Program-made: the position numbers and the translations under genes
Shown here: one piece after another, positions 17,855 to 20,000 of the stretch
Numbering within the stretch: position 1 is the first letter of the stretch
Layout of the letters: each line of letters opens with the position of its first letter
DNA from: an uncultured virus (IMG/VR IMGVR_UViG_3300020050_017898)
Lineage: Duplodnaviria > Heunggongvirae > Uroviricota > Caudoviricetes
Reading direction: 5' to 3' (one strand)
Virus record (IMG/VR): IMGVR_UViG_3300020050_017898
DNA: 20,000 nucleotides
Notes under the pieces: model-generated
What the model saw: the letters and a program-made list of their open reading frames with translations, nothing else
What the model was told of the DNA's origin: nothing
Databases searched by the model: none

Positions 17855-18930
17855 ACGACCGTGGGATTAGGAGCTGCTGGTTGAGCTACAGGAGCAGGTG
17901 ATGGAGTTACGGCGGCGGGAGCAGGCTGTTCAATATCAATTACCGGAGTTTCTTTATCTTCACGTTCTTTTTGAGCAGCTTTACGAGCTTCTTCTTTATC
18001 TTGTTGCTGCTGAAGTTTAGCTTGCATAGCTTGTAATTTAGGATCGGTTGAACCTTCACCATTTACTAAATCGATATCATCAGTTTGCATTACTCCACGC
18101 AAACTACTGAGAACGTTATCAATACGGCTAGCAATATAGTTAGAACTTTCAATAGCTTTACCACTTGCCTCTGAAAGAGCAGGGAAGAAACTAGCAAAAC
18201 CTAATTTATCTAACATGAAATCAACCAAAGCTAATTGCCGCGGAATTTCTTTCGTTTTGAAAATCTTAGAAATCTCTTCTAATTTTTTGATAACCATTTC
18301 GGGAGTCACATCACCAAAAGCTTTATCTAATAAATCGTCAATATCTCTGCTATCTGTAGAGATTTCTAAAGCACTTTCTTCTTTAGGAGAATTTTCTATA
18401 TTAGGTGAGGTTGAAGCTGGGGCTGAATCAGGGGTAGGAGAATCTTGATTGGGTAAAGGTAATTGGGGTGAAATTGGAACCTCTTGAGCAATGATAGTTA
18501 TCATTGCTTCTGGATCACTAGCTAGTGTTTCCAATTCGTCTTCTTCAGATTCATCATCTAAAGCCAATAGAATTTCTTCTTTATCACTGGATTGTTGATT
18601 GTCTAAATCAGTATAAAGACCACCACTCATGTTTTCTAAAAACTCATCCTCAGGAGATTCTTCATCTTCCTCAATTTCTATCTCAGGAGGAACAGCTGAA
18701 AGATCCAAGCTAGCAGAACCAGGATTATCTTTATCTGTCATTGGGGCGGTTTGCTGATTATTAGCGGGAGTAGCATTGTTCACATTTTCAGTAGGAGCTG
18801 CTGAAGGCAAATTCCCAACTTGAACATGTTTAATAAGCAAACCTGCTGCCTCATTATAGCCTTTGGCTATTAATTGATTATACTGCTCAACTATTAAGCG
18901 TACATCTTCGTTTATTTTATACTTTTTCAT
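17851..18930 (-). CDS. Hypothetical protein (359 aa), acidic/Pro-rich with a helical core; possibly N-terminally truncated or chimeric
   Basis: Start revised to ATG 18930; ordered core KLEEISKIFKTKEIPRQLALVDFMLDKLGFASFFPALSEA...; ATGA overlap with the next gene. Confidence 0.8.
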   Translation of the reverse strand: MKKYKINEDVRLIVEQYNQLIAKGYNEAAGLLIKHVQVGNLPSAAPTENVNNATPANNQQTAPMTDKDNPGSASLDLSAVPPEIEIEEDEESPEDEFLENMSGGLYTDLDNQQSSDKEEILLALDDESEEDELETLASDPEAMITIIAQEVPISPQLPLPNQDSPTPDSAPASTSPNIENSPKEESALEISTDSRDIDDLLDKAFGDVTPEMVIKKLEEISKIFKTKEIPRQLALVDFMLDKLGFASFFPALSEASGKAIESSNYIASRIDNVLSSLRGVMQTDDIDLVNGEGSTDPKLQAMQAKLQQQQDKEEARKAAQKEREDKETPVIDIEQPAPAAVTPSPAPVAQPAAPNPTVV

Positions 18931-18942
18931 TCCACAAATGTA
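18931..18942 (-). promoter_or_regulatory. Bacteroidota-type -7 promoter element (TAnnTTTG) before a near-leaderless ATG
   Basis: Minus strand TACATTTG-TGGA-ATG in an AT-rich intergenic region downstream of a terminator; no -33 TTTG at canonical spacing. Confidence 0.5.
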
Positions 18943-18974
18943 CAAAAAATAATTTAATTTGTTTTTATAAACTT

Positions 18975-19004
18975 AAAAAAATAGAGCAAAATAGCCCTAT
19001 TTTT
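18975..19004 (-). terminator. Rho-independent terminator, possibly bidirectional
   Basis: Minus strand AAAAATAGGGC-TATTTT-GCTCTATTTTTTT, about 30 nt after the stop at 19033. Confidence 0.7.
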
Positions 19005-19032
19005 AAAATACAATTAAAATTTAAAAAATGAA

Positions 19033-19467
19033 TTATCTAAATGTTCTTTGTAAGCTATCACAATTAACCTCCACTAATACGGTTTTTGTTTTCAAAAAAC
19101 CAACCTTTATTTTTTGAGGTACTTTGCAAATCAAACCGCTTTTATACTTTTCAATCGCCTTGCTTTTTGCCTTTATTTCTTTGCTCTGTTCTTGCACCAA
19201 TATCTGATACAATGAATCGTTTGTTTTCTTTGCCTGCAATGTTATATCAAGTTCTTTTTGCGTTTCATTAGCCCATTGATTTAACTTCTCTTTCTGGACA
19301 ATTAATGAATCTCTTTCGACCAGCAATTTTTTGTACTTCTTATTATGTATTGTAGTATAATTCCATGAACTATAAAGACCAAGTACGAGAAATAAACACA
19401 CCACTACTGATGCAATTATATTAAATATAGGTCTACTTGATAATATTGTTTTTAAAATTTTAATCAT
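19033..19467 (-). CDS. Membrane-anchored coiled-coil protein, inner-spanin-like (144 aa)
   Basis: Basic N-terminus, single TM segment IIASVVVCLFLVLGLY, coiled coil, two C-terminal Cys. Spanin function is inference. Confidence 0.55.
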   Translation of the reverse strand: MIKILKTILSSRPIFNIIASVVVCLFLVLGLYSSWNYTTIHNKKYKKLLVERDSLIVQKEKLNQWANETQKELDITLQAKKTNDSLYQILVQEQSKEIKAKSKAIEKYKSGLICKVPQKIKVGFLKTKTVLVEVNCDSLQRTFR

Positions 19468-19814
19468 GATGCTAAAGAATAACCGTACAATCCTGCCAAT
19501 ATGCCTGCACTTGCTTCCATTTCCTCCAGCGTTCCAAAGGATAGGCTTTTTAATATCGATTTAACGCTAGCTGTTGCATCTTTTACACTCATGCCATCGT
19601 CTACCATCTTTTGTATAAATGTTGTTGATGTGGCGTTTCTTTCGCCGTAAATTATTCCAGTCTCTTGCACAAATGCGATATACAAAGTATGTTCTTTATC
19701 TTCGTTTCTATCAAATTGAATAGGTGATACGATACGGCATTGTATTCCTGTTATTGTTCTTGATTGCCCTATTTCGTCCGTGAATGTTTTTGGTGTTACG
19801 TTCCAAGTATACAT
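19464..19814 (-). CDS. Hypothetical protein (116 aa), positioned like a tail-fibre accessory protein
   Basis: Start revised to ATG 19814 (MYTWNVTPK), 11 nt after the upstream stop; leader TTAACAATAAT has no SD. Confidence 0.75.
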   Translation of the reverse strand: MYTWNVTPKTFTDEIGQSRTITGIQCRIVSPIQFDRNEDKEHTLYIAFVQETGIIYGERNATSTTFIQKMVDDGMSVKDATASVKSILKSLSFGTLEEMEASAGILAGLYGYSLAS

Positions 19815-19825
19815 ATTATTGTTAA

Positions 19826-19999
19826 TTAAAATGTTGTTAAATCTGATTTCTTCCAAGTGTTTGTCGCTGTACAAACGTATATGGCCGTGGAGGTTATTCT
19901 TATGTCTCCTACTGTTCCTGTGGCTGTTGCTGATGCTGGAGCTGTTGCCATACCTTTTACCATTCTGATATCGCCCCAAAGCCCTGTTGTTACTGTTGA
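19826..19999 (-). CDS. C-terminus of a tail fibre/structural protein, partial
   Basis: Not in the ORF track. ...STVTTGLWGDIRMVKGMATAPASATATGTVGDIRITSTAIYVCTATNTWKKSDLTTF*; the PASATATGTxGxIR...YVCxATNTW motif is one I recognise from C-termini of phage fibre-like proteins. Confidence 0.7.
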   Translation of the reverse strand, partial: STVTTGLWGDIRMVKGMATAPASATATGTVGDIRITSTAIYVCTATNTWKKSDLTTF

Positions 20000-20000
20000 A

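Noticed and set aside
546..19968. All plus-strand ORFs in the track (e.g. 546..1034, 1552..2181, 3583..3945, 8472..9173)
   Set aside because: Ser/Phe/Leu-rich antisense shadows of Glu/Asp/Lys-rich minus-strand genes.
19815..19979. N-terminal 55 aa of track ORF 19464..19979
   Set aside because: Out-of-frame shadow of the fibre-like gene ending at 19826.
1..20000. Stop-codon reassignment, introns/inteins, tRNA genes, CRISPR arrays, IS elements
   Set aside because: Code 11 gives dense uninterrupted ORFs; terminase and portal have normal lengths; no gap large or structured enough and no repeat-spacer pattern seen.

Overview
Head-morphogenesis and DNA-packaging module of a large, AT-rich tailed phage, standard genetic code, with all real genes on the minus strand and tightly packed (many ATGA/ATGATTAA overlaps). 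In transcription order: end of a tail-fibre-like gene, a 116 aa hypothetical, a spanin-like membrane protein, a terminator, an acidic/Pro-rich hypothetical, a CCA/poly(A) polymerase-family nucleotidyltransferase, three hypotheticals, a GpA-like terminase large subunit, portal, two paralogous large helical proteins, an SLT lytic transglycosylase, an Sm-like small protein, a hypothetical, a tyrosine/dual-specificity phosphatase, two hypotheticals, a 1243 aa prohead protease-scaffold fusion, a terminator and three small paralogous helical proteins. Most notable: (1) a recurring [LIVMF]-x-K-x-A motif at N-termini and domain boundaries of putative head proteins but not the terminase, suggesting a K-x-A-specific prohead processing system; (2) a probable nested scaffold gene inside the protease; (3) enzymes embedded in the head operon, including a nucleotidyltransferase lacking the EDxxR template motif; (4) a possible chimeric or recombination junction near 18900-19000, beyond which the sequence has Bacteroidota-like signals. 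All family calls come from motif recognition by eye; no searches were run.
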